Shown one piece after another: positions 19,240 to 28,357 of a DNA stretch of 64,000 nucleotides. A program made the position numbers and the translations under genes. The notes under the pieces are model-generated. The model searched no databases, was not told the DNA's origin, and saw nothing but the letters and a program-made list of their open reading frames with translations. Within the stretch, counting starts at the first letter, position 1. The number at the start of each line of letters is the position of its first letter. This DNA is from an uncultured Chloroflexia bacterium (GTDB lineage: Bacteria > Chloroflexota > Limnocylindria > QHBO01): positions 389,346 through 453,345 of the forward strand of contig CAWDTM010000002.1 in assembly GCA_963805305.1 (NCBI GenBank), written 5' to 3'.

Positions 19240-19314
19240 GGCGGAGTAGCTCAGTGGTAGAGCAGGGGACTCATAAGCCCTTGGTCGGTGGTTCGAATCC
19301 GCCCTCCGCTACCA
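19240..19314 (+). tRNA. tRNA with CAU anticodon (tRNA-Met, or tRNA-Ile2 if the anticodon is lysidinylated), with encoded CCA
   Basis: Acceptor stem GGCGGAG/CTCCGCT (one G:T wobble). D arm GCTC-AGTGGTAGA-GAGC. Anticodon loop CTCATAA. T arm GGTGG-TTCGAAT-CCGCC. Discriminator A then CCA. Confidence 0.9.
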
Positions 19315-19415
19315 GCCCTTCCTCCAGGCCCCACACTGATAGCTGGCGGTTCGCACCCATCCGGGTCAGAATCCGCCCAGCAGCTGCGGACCCCTGACCG
19401 CGGCGAGGAGGTGAG

Positions 19416-19841
19416 ATGGCGGACACGGAGACGATCCTGCGCGAGTCGCCCTTGTTCGCGGGCGTGGACCACCGCACCATCCATCGGGTCGTGGAGCAGG
19501 CAACCCGCCGGTCGTACCAGGCCGGGGATGTCATCGTCCGGCAGGGGGATGCGGCGTCAGCGCTCTACCTGCTGCTCAGCGGAAGGGTCTCCATCAGCCG
19601 GGAGGCGGATGGCAAGGAGACCAAGCTCGTGGAGCAGGGACCGGGGACCTTCTTCGGCGAGATGGCACTCATCGAGGATCATCCACGCACCGCGTCAGTC
19701 ACCGCGATCGAGCCGACCGAGTGCCTCCTGGTCGTCGCGTGGGAGTTCACGGCCCTGATGCATGCCCATCCGTCGGTCATAGAGGCGCTCTTCCGCGAGC
19801 TCGTGACGCGCATGCATCGCCAGGAGCACCACGTCTTCTAG
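19416..19841 (+). CDS. Stand-alone cyclic-nucleotide-binding (cNMP/CAP-effector) domain protein
   Basis: cNMP-binding signature FFGEMALIEDHPRTASVTA and the surrounding beta-roll pattern. 141 aa, no DNA-binding domain. Confidence 0.8.
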   Translation: MADTETILRESPLFAGVDHRTIHRVVEQATRRSYQAGDVIVRQGDAASALYLLLSGRVSISREADGKETKLVEQGPGTFFGEMALIEDHPRTASVTAIEPTECLLVVAWEFTALMHAHPSVIEALFRELVTRMHRQEHHVF

Positions 19842-19863
19842 CTCCGCTGTCGGAGCTCGTGCG

Positions 19864-20865
19864 ATGGTGGGATACCCTGCCGCCATGCCCTCGGACGATT
19901 CGACCCCACCGCTAGCCGGCCTCGTCCAGCCCTTTCTGGCCGCGTGCCGCGAGCAGGGCGTGGCTGACGGGGCAACGCTGGTGCTCGCCGTCTCGGGGGG
20001 CCCAGACTCCGTTGCCCTGCTGCATCTCGCCGTCCGCGCGGCGGCAGCGGCCCGATGGCATCTGCGGGTCGCGCATCTCGACCACGGCCTGCGGCCCGAA
20101 TCCGTTGACGACGCCCGCTTCGTGGCCGCCGCGGCATCCGCCCTAGGCCTGCCGGTCGACCTGCGACGGACCGATGTCGCGGCGATCGCCGCCGAACGTG
20201 GCGCTGGCCTCGAAGAAGCCGGTCGCGTGGCGCGGTACGCCTATTTCGGTGAGCTTCTTGCCGCTGCCCCGACCTCGGCGATGGCCATGACGGCGCACAC
20301 GCTCGACGACCAGGCGGAGACGGTCCTCCTGCACCTCGCCCGGGGCAGCGGGCTCGCCGGGCTCACGGGCATCGCGGCGCGCCGCGGGCAGGTCGTGCGC
20401 CCCCTGCTCGGGATGCGGCGTGCGGCACTGCGCCGGGCACTCGATGCCGAGGGGATCGCGTACCGGCTCGACGCGTCGAACGCGGACAGGCGCTTCGCCC
20501 GGAATCGTGCCCGGGCTGACCTCGTTCCGCTGCTGGAAGCGCTGCACCCGGGCGCCGCCACAGCCGTGGCGCGCTCCGCGCGGCTGGTGGCCGCCGACGC
20601 GGCGGCCCTCGAGGAGCTCGCCGCGACGCACCTCGCTGCAAGGCGTGAGCCGGGTGGCTGGCTTGCCTGGGCTTCGCCGCCGCCCCTCGCGATTGCCCGC
20701 CGCGTGCTGCGGCTCGCGATCGGGAACCCGTTCCCGCCGGCCGAGCGGATCGACGCCCTGCTGGCCGCCGCAACCCGGGATGAGGGCGGCCGGACGATCC
20801 AGCTGGGAGGAGGCCGTCGCGCCGTCATCCGCCACCATCGGCTCCGGATCGAGGACGACCGGTGA
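19864..20865 (+). CDS. tilS: tRNA(Ile)-lysidine synthetase
   Basis: PP-loop SGGPDS (VLAVSGGPDSVALLHL). TilS-like length. Conserved position immediately upstream of ftsH. Confidence 0.85.
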   Translation: MVGYPAAMPSDDSTPPLAGLVQPFLAACREQGVADGATLVLAVSGGPDSVALLHLAVRAAAAARWHLRVAHLDHGLRPESVDDARFVAAAASALGLPVDLRRTDVAAIAAERGAGLEEAGRVARYAYFGELLAAAPTSAMAMTAHTLDDQAETVLLHLARGSGLAGLTGIAARRGQVVRPLLGMRRAALRRALDAEGIAYRLDASNADRRFARNRARADLVPLLEALHPGAATAVARSARLVAADAAALEELAATHLAARREPGGWLAWASPPPLAIARRVLRLAIGNPFPPAERIDALLAAATRDEGGRTIQLGGGRRAVIRHHRLRIEDDR

Positions 20866-21050
20866 CCCATCGGTACCCTCGACACGTATGATCGTTGGGA
20901 GCATGCTCCCGGCGGCCGGGTCGAGCGCCGTTTGTTGAGCGGAGTGACGCCCACCTATACTGGCATCGTCTGCGGGGCCCGCAGACGGGCGGCGAACCCC
21001 GGCACAACCCGTTCGCCCGCCTTCCGTACAGAGGCTAGAAGAGACCCACC

Positions 21051-23030
21051 TTGAGCAGCCGACTCGTCCGCAACAGTGTCGTGCTCGTCGTCCTTGCCGT
21101 CTTCGGGCTCGCGCTCCTGTGGACGTACATCGTCGACAGCGGACCCACCGACCAGTACACGTACAGCCAGATGCTGACCGACGCGAGCGCCGGCAACATC
21201 TCGCAGATCACCCAGGACAGCACGAAGCTGACGGTCAAGCTGAAGAACGACCCGAACACCAAGTCGGTGATCGTGTCGGACGTCGGCAACGTCGACGTCT
21301 ATCAGCAGGTCTGCGACGCGGCCGGTGCACCGAACCTGGCCGACTGCGCGAAGTCCATCAGCTACAACGCGGTCGAGGCATCGGCGGCAGGCGGGATCAT
21401 CACGACCCTGCTCATCTCGATCCTGCCCGTGCTGCTCATTGGCGCCTTCATCTTCTTCATGATGCGACAGGCGCAGGGGACCAACAACCAGGCCATGAGC
21501 TTCGGGAAGAGCCGTGCCCGGATGTTCCTCGGCAACAAGACCGTGGTCACCTTCAACGACGTTGCGGGGGTCGACGAGGCGAAGCAGGAGCTCACCGAGG
21601 TGGTCGAGTTCCTCAAGTACCCCGAGAAGTTCAACTCGCTGGGTGCCCGCATTCCCCGTGGGGTGCTGCTGGTCGGCCCGCCCGGCACCGGGAAGACGCT
21701 CCTCGCCCGCGCCGTGGCCGGTGAGGCTGGGGTGCCGTTCTTCAGCATCTCCGGCTCCGAGTTCGTCGAGATGTTCGTGGGCGTCGGCGCATCGCGCGTC
21801 CGCGACCTCTTCGAGCAGGCGAAGCGCAACTCCCCGTGCATCGTGTTCGTCGACGAGATCGATGCCGTCGGTCGCCAGCGCGGCGCCGGCCTGGGCGGCT
21901 CCCACGACGAGCGCGAGCAGACCCTGAACCAGATCCTGGTCGAGATGGACGGCTTCGACACGAACACGAACGTGATCGTGGTCGCCGCCACGAACCGACC
22001 GGACGTCCTCGATCCGGCGCTGCTGCGACCGGGTCGCTTCGACCGGCAGGTCGTCCTCGATCGGCCCGACATCAAGGGTCGCCGGGAGATCCTCAACGTC
22101 CATATCAAGGGCAAGCCGCTGGACAAGACGGTGGACCTTGATGCGCTCGCGCGCCGCTCGCCCGGCTTCTCGGGCGCGGACCTGGCCAACCTCGTCAACG
22201 AGTCGGCGATCCTGGCCGCCCGGCGCAACAAGAAGAGCGTCGGCATGGCTGAGTTCAACGAGGCCATCGATCGCGTGGTCGCCGGCCCCGAGCGACGGAG
22301 CCGCATCATCACCGAGGAGGAGAAGGAGATCATCGCCTACCACGAGGGTGGTCACGCCGTGGTCCAGCGCGTGCTCCCCAAGTGCGACCCGGTCTCCAAG
22401 GTGACCATCGTCTCGCGCGGCATGGCTCTGGGCTACACCATGAGCCTTCCCCAGGAGGATCGCTACCTCCATTCGAAGAGCGAGTTCGAGGACAAGATCG
22501 CCGGCATGCTCGGCGGCATGGTTTCGGAATCGCTCGTCTTCGGCGACACGACCACCGGCGCCAGCAACGACCTGGAGAAGGCGACGAACCTCGCCCGCGC
22601 GATGGTGACCCAGTACGGGATGAGCGAGAAGCTCGGCCCACTCACCTTCGGCAAGAAGGAGGAGATGATCTTCCTGGGACGGGAGATCAGCGAGCAGCGG
22701 AACTACTCCGACGAGGTCGCCGCCAAGATCGACGCGGAGGTGCGGGAGATCATCGACCACGCCTACGCGCGGGCCAGGGAGGCGCTGACCACCCATCGCG
22801 AGGTCCTCGATCGCCTGGCGGCGCTCCTGATCGAGAAGGAGACGATCGAGGGCGACGAGTTCGAGGGGCTCTTCACGGGAGTCCTCCCGCCGCGCGGTCC
22901 GAGCTCTGCCCCTCGGAAGCTCGCCACGGCAGCACCCGCGGAGACGGAAGGTGCCGACGGCGAGGCGGATGACGGCGAGGGCGGCAAGGGTCGCCGGCGG
23001 CGTCGAGGTCCGGCTCCGCAACCTGCCTAG
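21051..23030 (+). CDS. ftsH: ATP-dependent zinc metalloprotease FtsH
   Basis: TTG start. Two N-terminal TM helices. AAA Walker A GPPGTGKT, Walker [12 protein letters not shown] motif. Zinc site HEGGHAV. Confidence 0.97.
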   Translation: MSSRLVRNSVVLVVLAVFGLALLWTYIVDSGPTDQYTYSQMLTDASAGNISQITQDSTKLTVKLKNDPNTKSVIVSDVGNVDVYQQVCDAAGAPNLADCAKSISYNAVEASAAGGIITTLLISILPVLLIGAFIFFMMRQAQGTNNQAMSFGKSRARMFLGNKTVVTFNDVAGVDEAKQELTEVVEFLKYPEKFNSLGARIPRGVLLVGPPGTGKTLLARAVAGEAGVPFFSISGSEFVEMFVGVGASRVRDLFEQAKRNSPCIVFVDEIDAVGRQRGAGLGGSHDEREQTLNQILVEMDGFDTNTNVIVVAATNRPDVLDPALLRPGRFDRQVVLDRPDIKGRREILNVHIKGKPLDKTVDLDALARRSPGFSGADLANLVNESAILAARRNKKSVGMAEFNEAIDRVVAGPERRSRIITEEEKEIIAYHEGGHAVVQRVLPKCDPVSKVTIVSRGMALGYTMSLPQEDRYLHSKSEFEDKIAGMLGGMVSESLVFGDTTTGASNDLEKATNLARAMVTQYGMSEKLGPLTFGKKEEMIFLGREISEQRNYSDEVAAKIDAEVREIIDHAYARAREALTTHREVLDRLAALLIEKETIEGDEFEGLFTGVLPPRGPSSAPRKLATAAPAETEGADGEADDGEGGKGRRRRRGPAPQPA

Positions 23031-23058
23031 CGCCCTCCGTTTGCGACCGATGTCGACG

Positions 23059-23084
23059 GGCCGGCGAGCAGCAGCTCGCCGGCC
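23059..23084 (+). terminator. GC-rich hairpin downstream of ftsH (possible terminator; no T-tract)
   Basis: Perfect 11-bp inverted repeat GGCCGGCGAGC-AGCA-GCTCGCCGGCC, read directly from the sequence, about 30 nt after the ftsH stop. Confidence 0.3.
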
Positions 23085-23220
23085 TTCGTGCATCCCGGAC
23101 GAGCGGTAGTCCTATCGGGCCATTGGGTCCCTAGGAGGTGGATCGTATACTCGGCCCGTTGCGTGCAGGCACCCCTGCACCCCGAGTGACGACCAACCAA
23201 CATGGGAGCCTGCCATCCCG

Positions 23221-24303
23221 ATGATCGACGAGCCGCTCGCCACCACGAACACCGAGTCCGACGGCTGGAGCCTGGACGCAGGGGAAGGCACGCTGGCACC
23301 GCGGTCGGCGCTTGACGTTCTGACCAGCCTCAACGAGCGCATCGCGTCCGGCCACATCGACGAGTTCCAGCCGATCGCCACCGGGTTCGTGCCGCTCGAC
23401 AAGACCATCGGCGGCGGCATCCGACCCGGGGAGCTGATTCTCATCGGTGGGGCCCAGGGCGCCGGCAAGACGACCATGGCCCTCCAGATGGCGCGCAACA
23501 TCGCAGCTGCCGGGCAGGCCAAGGTGCTCTACGTGTGCTTCGAGCACGAAGAGGAGTACCTCATTCAGCGCCTGATCGCCATGGAGTCCGCGCTGACCCA
23601 CCTGCCGCAGAAGAGCGGAGCCGTGAAGATCCAGGACGTCAAGAAGGAGGTCCTGGGCAGCTACACCGCATCTGCCGAGACCGGCCAGCGGGCCAAGCTG
23701 GGCGCGAACCCGAGGCTCCGTCCGTCGCTGGAGCGCATCGCCCGCTACGGAAGCAACCTGTACCTCATGCGCGGCACCGCGACCGCCAGCACGGTCGACA
23801 ACATCCGGCGTCTCGTTGCGGAGCACCGCACGGAGGAGGGACAGCGGCTGGTCCTGGTGGTGGACTACCTCCAGAAGGTCCCGGTGATACCCGAGCCAAC
23901 CGATGAGACGGAGAAGGTGACGCGCATCGTGTCCGGCCTCAAGGACATCGCGCTCTCGCTGGAGCTGCCGGTGATTGCCATCGTGGCCGCCGACCGTGAG
24001 GGCCTCAAGGCGAAGCGGCTGCGGAACCATCACCTCCGCGGGTCGAGCGCGATCAACTACGAGAGCGACATCATCCTGATCCTGAACGACAAGTACCACA
24101 TCGTCGCCAAGGTGAACATCGAGTTCAACCCGTACCAGGCGCAGCGGTACCGCGACTGGGTCATTGTCACTGTCGAGAAGAACCGCGGTGGCCAGGACAA
24201 CGTGGATCTCGAGTACGAGAAGCTCTTCGAATACAGCTGCTTCGATCCGACCGGCCGCATCACGGCCGAGAAGCTGATCGAAGAGCGCCTCTTCAACGAG
24301 TAG
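23221..24303 (+). CDS. DnaB-helicase C-terminal-domain-like RecA-fold ATPase, lacking the DnaB N-terminal domain
   Basis: Walker A GGAQGAGKTT, Walker B LVLVVDYLQ, DnaB H4-like motif LRGSSAINYESDIILIL. 360 aa. Confidence 0.7.
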   Translation: MIDEPLATTNTESDGWSLDAGEGTLAPRSALDVLTSLNERIASGHIDEFQPIATGFVPLDKTIGGGIRPGELILIGGAQGAGKTTMALQMARNIAAAGQAKVLYVCFEHEEEYLIQRLIAMESALTHLPQKSGAVKIQDVKKEVLGSYTASAETGQRAKLGANPRLRPSLERIARYGSNLYLMRGTATASTVDNIRRLVAEHRTEEGQRLVLVVDYLQKVPVIPEPTDETEKVTRIVSGLKDIALSLELPVIAIVAADREGLKAKRLRNHHLRGSSAINYESDIILILNDKYHIVAKVNIEFNPYQAQRYRDWVIVTVEKNRGGQDNVDLEYEKLFEYSCFDPTGRITAEKLIEERLFNE

Positions 24304-24322
24304 CCCGGGTCACCGGCGCCCC

Positions 24323-24757
24323 ATGGACCAGGTCGATCCCTACCGCGTGCTCCAGGTGCTTCCCACCGCGGAGCAGGAGGTGATCCAGGCCGCCTTCCGC
24401 GCGCTCGCGCTGAAGTACCACCCCGATCGGGATGCGTCTCCGGCCGCGCAGCGCAGAATGCTCGCCCTCAACGCGGCGTATTCGCTGGTCCGCGATGCGA
24501 CGGCCCGCGCAGCCTGGGATCGAGGCCAGCGGCAGGGCGCCGCGACACAGCCGTCGCGCAGCGCCTCCGTGCCGCCCCCGCCCCGATCGGGTGCGGCCGG
24601 CACCCGGGTCACGTTCGGCCGCTATGCGGGGTGGACGCTCCGCGACCTTGCGCGCCACGATCCGGAGTACCTCCGCTGGCTGAGCCGCCACTCGTCGGGG
24701 ATCGCCTACCGCACGGAGATCTACCAGATCCTCGGCCGTCGCGCCCACGCCGCCTGA
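24323..24757 (+). CDS. J-domain (DnaJ-like) protein with unknown C-terminal region
   Basis: DPYRVLQV…AFRALALKYHPDR is a canonical J domain with the HPD tripeptide. 144 aa. Confidence 0.7.
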   Translation: MDQVDPYRVLQVLPTAEQEVIQAAFRALALKYHPDRDASPAAQRRMLALNAAYSLVRDATARAAWDRGQRQGAATQPSRSASVPPPPRSGAAGTRVTFGRYAGWTLRDLARHDPEYLRWLSRHSSGIAYRTEIYQILGRRAHAA

Positions 24758-24819
24758 GGCGAACCCCGCACCCTCAGGCCCCGCGGGGTCCCCATCCCGA
24801 TCTCCGGTACCCTTAGACG

Positions 24820-25587
24820 ATGCCACCCGCGGTTCCTCCGGCGCCTCTGCGCGCGATCTTCCTCGACATCGGCGACACGGTCATGCGTCCGGAGCCGTCG
24901 TGGGAGCACATCTACGCGGATGCCCTTGCCGAGTTCGGCGTGGAGGTCGACATCGCTGCCCTGCACGGGGCGCTCCGGGAGGCGTACCACCACGGCGGCT
25001 GGGGCATGGACGGTGGGTTCGATCCCACCGAGGACACGAGCTTTCGCCGAACCGTGGAGATCGACCAACGCGCCATTGGCAGCCTGGGGCTGGGACCGAT
25101 GCCGGAGGCCTTCTTCCGTCGTCTCTCACAGCGTTTCCGGATGGCCGCCAACTGGCACGTCTTCCCGGAGGTTCCTGCCACGCTCGACGCCCTGCGCGAG
25201 CGGGGGCTCGTCATCGGCGCAGTCAGCAACTGGGTCTGGAGCCTTCCAGAGCTGCTGCACTCTCTCGAGCTGGTCAGCCGCTTCGACTTCGTCGCAGCCT
25301 CCGCCCGTGTGGGCTTCGAGAAGCCGCACCCGGAAATCTTCCGGTACGCGCTGCATCGCGCGGGAGCGGCGGTCGGCGAGGTGATCCATGTCGGGGACCA
25401 CGTAGACGCCGACGTCGAGGGAGCGCGGGCGGTTGGTATCGGGGCGGTGCTGATCGATCGTCATCGGCGACACGATCCCGCGGAGCTACCTGCCAACGTG
25501 CCCATCATCACGGCCCTCGACCAGCTGCTGCCCATCGTGGACGCCCGCGGGGTCGTGGGCGGCGCACGGCGGGCGCCTGCCGTGTGA
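24820..25587 (+). CDS. HAD-superfamily hydrolase (phosphatase)
   Basis: Motif I IFLDIGDTV, motif III/IV region VIHVGDHVDADVEGA. 255 aa. Confidence 0.75.
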   Translation: MPPAVPPAPLRAIFLDIGDTVMRPEPSWEHIYADALAEFGVEVDIAALHGALREAYHHGGWGMDGGFDPTEDTSFRRTVEIDQRAIGSLGLGPMPEAFFRRLSQRFRMAANWHVFPEVPATLDALRERGLVIGAVSNWVWSLPELLHSLELVSRFDFVAASARVGFEKPHPEIFRYALHRAGAAVGEVIHVGDHVDADVEGARAVGIGAVLIDRHRRHDPAELPANVPIITALDQLLPIVDARGVVGGARRAPAV

Positions 25588-26210
25588 GCGAGTCCTGGCG
25601 CTGCTTCGTCGCAGTGCCGCTGCCGCCTACGCTGCGCGCGGACCTGGGTGCTGCGGTCGAGGCCTGGCGCAACGAGCCCGCCGCCCCCCATCTTCGATGG
25701 ACCGTGCCCGACGGCTGGCACGTGACCCTCGCCTTCCTCGGCGACATTGACCCGGCCGCCGTCCCCTCGCTGGTCGGCGAGCTGCGGGCGACACTCGAGG
25801 AAACGCCCGGCTGGCGAGTGGAAACCGGCGGACTTGGCACATTCCCGGGTCCCGGTCGGGCGCGAGTCCTGTGGTACGGAGTCGCCGACGTGGACGGCCG
25901 GCTGGCCGCGCTCGCAGAGACCGCACGATCGTCGCTCGCGCCCATGGTCCCTTCCCTCCGCGCTGCGTCGCCATTCCGACCACACGTGACGCTGGGGCGG
26001 GTGCGCCCGCCCAGCGGCGTCGACCTTGTCACGTGGCTCGCCGGTCACGCAGCGCCAGCGGGGGCCCTTCCGGTGCAACAGGCGGTGGTCTATCGGTCCG
26101 TTCTGGGCGGGGGCAGGCCCGCGCGGCATGAGGCGCTCGCGTCCGTCGCACTCGCGCCGGCGCGGGGTGCCATCATGCATCGCGAAGCGGAGGCACCCAC
26201 GGATGGCTGA
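25584..26210 (+). CDS. thpR: 2H-phosphoesterase: RNA 2',3'-cyclic phosphodiesterase (ThpR / LigT-like)
   Basis: Two H-x-T-L motifs (HVTLAF and HVTLGR) at the expected spacing. GTG start at 25584 overlaps the HAD stop (GTGA). About 208 aa. Confidence 0.8.
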   Translation: MSESWRCFVAVPLPPTLRADLGAAVEAWRNEPAAPHLRWTVPDGWHVTLAFLGDIDPAAVPSLVGELRATLEETPGWRVETGGLGTFPGPGRARVLWYGVADVDGRLAALAETARSSLAPMVPSLRAASPFRPHVTLGRVRPPSGVDLVTWLAGHAAPAGALPVQQAVVYRSVLGGGRPARHEALASVALAPARGAIMHREAEAPTDG

Positions 26211-26733
26211 GACTGTTCAACGGCCCCGCCCGGCGATGGTGGCGGTGATCGGTGATGGAGACCCGCGCGGCCCTGATGCGCACCGCGTGCTCGAATGGGC
26301 CGAAGAGGTCGGGGCGCTGCTGGCTCGTGGCGGCGCATCGATCGTGACCGGTGGCCTGGGAGGCGTCATGCGAGCGGCTGCCCGGGGTGCGGTCGGGGAG
26401 GGCGGACTCACGATAGGCATCCTGCCCGGCGACGATCCCGCTGACGCGAACGAGTTCATACGACTCCCCATCGCGACCGGGCTGGGCGTGATCCGCAACC
26501 TCGTCGTGGTGACGGCGTCCGATGCCGTGGTGGCCGTCGGAGGACGGCACGGGACCCTGTCGGAGATCGGGCTGGCGCTGCGAATGGGCCGCCAGGTCGT
26601 CGCGCTCGGGTCCTGGCGCGTCGAATCGGATCGGGCAGTGGGCGGCCCGCGGGTCCATCGCGCCCGGGATCCGCGTGAGGCGGCACAGCTCGCGCTGCGG
26701 ATGGCGAAGGACGGCCCAATCAGGCCGTCATAG
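26203..26733 (+). CDS. LOG / TIGR00725-family (SLOG, DprA-like Rossmann fold) protein
   Basis: Motifs IVTGGLGGVM and GGRHGTLSE, as in the PGGxGTxxE signature of the LOG family. ATG at 26203 overlaps the thpR stop (ATGGCTGA). About 176 aa. Confidence 0.7.
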   Translation: MAETVQRPRPAMVAVIGDGDPRGPDAHRVLEWAEEVGALLARGGASIVTGGLGGVMRAAARGAVGEGGLTIGILPGDDPADANEFIRLPIATGLGVIRNLVVVTASDAVVAVGGRHGTLSEIGLALRMGRQVVALGSWRVESDRAVGGPRVHRARDPREAAQLALRMAKDGPIRPS

Positions 26734-26740
26734 ATTGGTC

Positions 26741-28357
26741 CTAGTGGATCAGCCCCTGCGCTGCGGCTTTGTAGAGCTTGTTCGGGTCATAAGGCATGCA
26801 CAGGTCGCCGGTTCCACCGAGGTCCCATGTCCATGAGATCAGCTGAACGGAGGCAACCTGTGTCGACGTGGCATCGCAATTCGTGACTACGTTCCCGTCG
26901 ATCTCAACGTGCGCGGTCGGAGCGTAGATCGTCCCCGAGATGTTCAGGGTCCCACCGCCCTCGATGTCGACACAGGCCATGGTGGCGCACGAAGTCCCGT
27001 CAGCCCTGGCCCTGCTGCCTGCGCCGTCGAACCACACGACCATCCCGCCGAACGGGCAGCCGCCAGTCGTCGTCACCGGTGGACACGGCTGATCCGCGAG
27101 CAAGCCTGCGAGCTCCAGGTTTGCCTGTGCTGTGAGGTCGAGGTTTCCCTGGCATTTGCCCCCGCCGGCCGCCGGACACGAGTTGACGTAGAGCGGGTTG
27201 TCCGTGTTGTAGATCAGGATCGGCGCAGGTGCGGACGTGCCCCCCAGCGAATCGAGCGAACCAGTTGACCCGATTGTGATCCCGCCGCCAGCAATGACAT
27301 AGATGCCCGGCTTGAGGGTGACGCGAACTTTCGAGCCGATACTCCAACCGCCGTAGTAGACGCCCGGATTGAGCTCCACGCACTTGTAGCCGGAGGGCAG
27401 TCCCGGGCACGCACTGTCAGGCGAGACCGCCCATGGGATCCTGCCGGCTCCCTGCCCGCATCCCTGCGAAGCGACAGCGGTCGTGGGCTGAGCACCCACG
27501 CCGCACGTTGCCCCTGGAATGGTCGTGTCCCAGGCCGGGAAGCTGAGCCCGGCCAGGGGATCCCCGATCTGACGAGCCGCCTCATCCAGCGAGCCGGGTG
27601 GCCGCGGCTGCCCCGTCGAGCCGGTGCAGCCACCGTGGACGTTCACCTGCGGTGCCGTGAGGTCCGCGGTACCCGCGATCTTCAATGCTCCGGTCGACGA
27701 GGTTTGGCACGCGTCGTCGCTCGTGTTCGAACCGCAGTTGGAGTTGACCTGCACGTAGCCCCCCGGGCCCGTGTAGCCCGGAATCGGGTAGATATCGATG
27801 TTTCCGGTGCCATGAACCTCAGCCGTGCTGCAGCCGTCCGGCTTGAGCGCGATCAGCGAGTTGGAGTTGTGGTTGCCGCGTTGCCTCGCCGCCACTGCGC
27901 TGCTCGACACGGTTGCGAACGACTGCCCGAAAATTCGGCCGAAGAAGGACTCATGGCGGGCAGAGATCACGACCTGAACGTGTCCAAGGTCGCCAACCCA
28001 GTAGTCGGTCACCGGGCCTGTAGGTGGCCAATTGACCTCCATCGCAGTCCCGTCTGATTGGGGTGCGCAGGAGGTGTTGGTGGGAGCGAAGAAGCCATTC
28101 TCGCGGGCGTACAGGCACGCTGCATCCCAGCCACTCACCCCGTCGTAGGTTTGGAGACCGGTGACAGGGTCCGGGTCGCTGATGAAGCGCGCTGCAGCGA
28201 GGGCTGCCGGGTCGGCTGCATCCTGCTCCTGCCGATGCAGCATCCACGAGAATCCCAGGTCGACCACCAGTGCGGTTATTCCGAAGAGTACGAGGACGCC
28301 GAAGGCAACAACCAGGAGGATCTGACCTCGGGGCGAGCGGCGAGCCTGGTGGTTCAT
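26741..28357 (-). CDS. TadG-like / TadE-G-family pseudopilin-like protein with large secreted C-terminal domain
   Basis: N-terminal pseudopilin-like segment RGQILLVVAFGVLVLFGITALVVDLG. Large Gly/Thr/Ser-rich extracellular part. Its ATG overlaps the stop of the upstream TadE-like gene (ATGA). Confidence 0.55.
   Translation of the reverse strand: MNHQARRSPRGQILLVVAFGVLVLFGITALVVDLGFSWMLHRQEQDAADPAALAAARFISDPDPVTGLQTYDGVSGWDAACLYARENGFFAPTNTSCAPQSDGTAMEVNWPPTGPVTDYWVGDLGHVQVVISARHESFFGRIFGQSFATVSSSAVAARQRGNHNSNSLIALKPDGCSTAEVHGTGNIDIYPIPGYTGPGGYVQVNSNCGSNTSDDACQTSSTGALKIAGTADLTAPQVNVHGGCTGSTGQPRPPGSLDEAARQIGDPLAGLSFPAWDTTIPGATCGVGAQPTTAVASQGCGQGAGRIPWAVSPDSACPGLPSGYKCVELNPGVYYGGWSIGSKVRVTLKPGIYVIAGGGITIGSTGSLDSLGGTSAPAPILIYNTDNPLYVNSCPAAGGGKCQGNLDLTAQANLELAGLLADQPCPPVTTTGGCPFGGMVVWFDGAGSRARADGTSCATMACVDIEGGGTLNISGTIYAPTAHVEIDGNVVTNCDATSTQVASVQLISWTWDLGGTGDLCMPYDPNKLYKAAAQGLIH

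Noticed and set aside
20955-23093. 712-aa minus-strand ORF antisense to ftsH, plus other antisense ORFs within ftsH
   Set aside because: The FtsH frame has unambiguous AAA and HEGGH motifs. The antisense frame has low-complexity R/G/D/L-rich composition.
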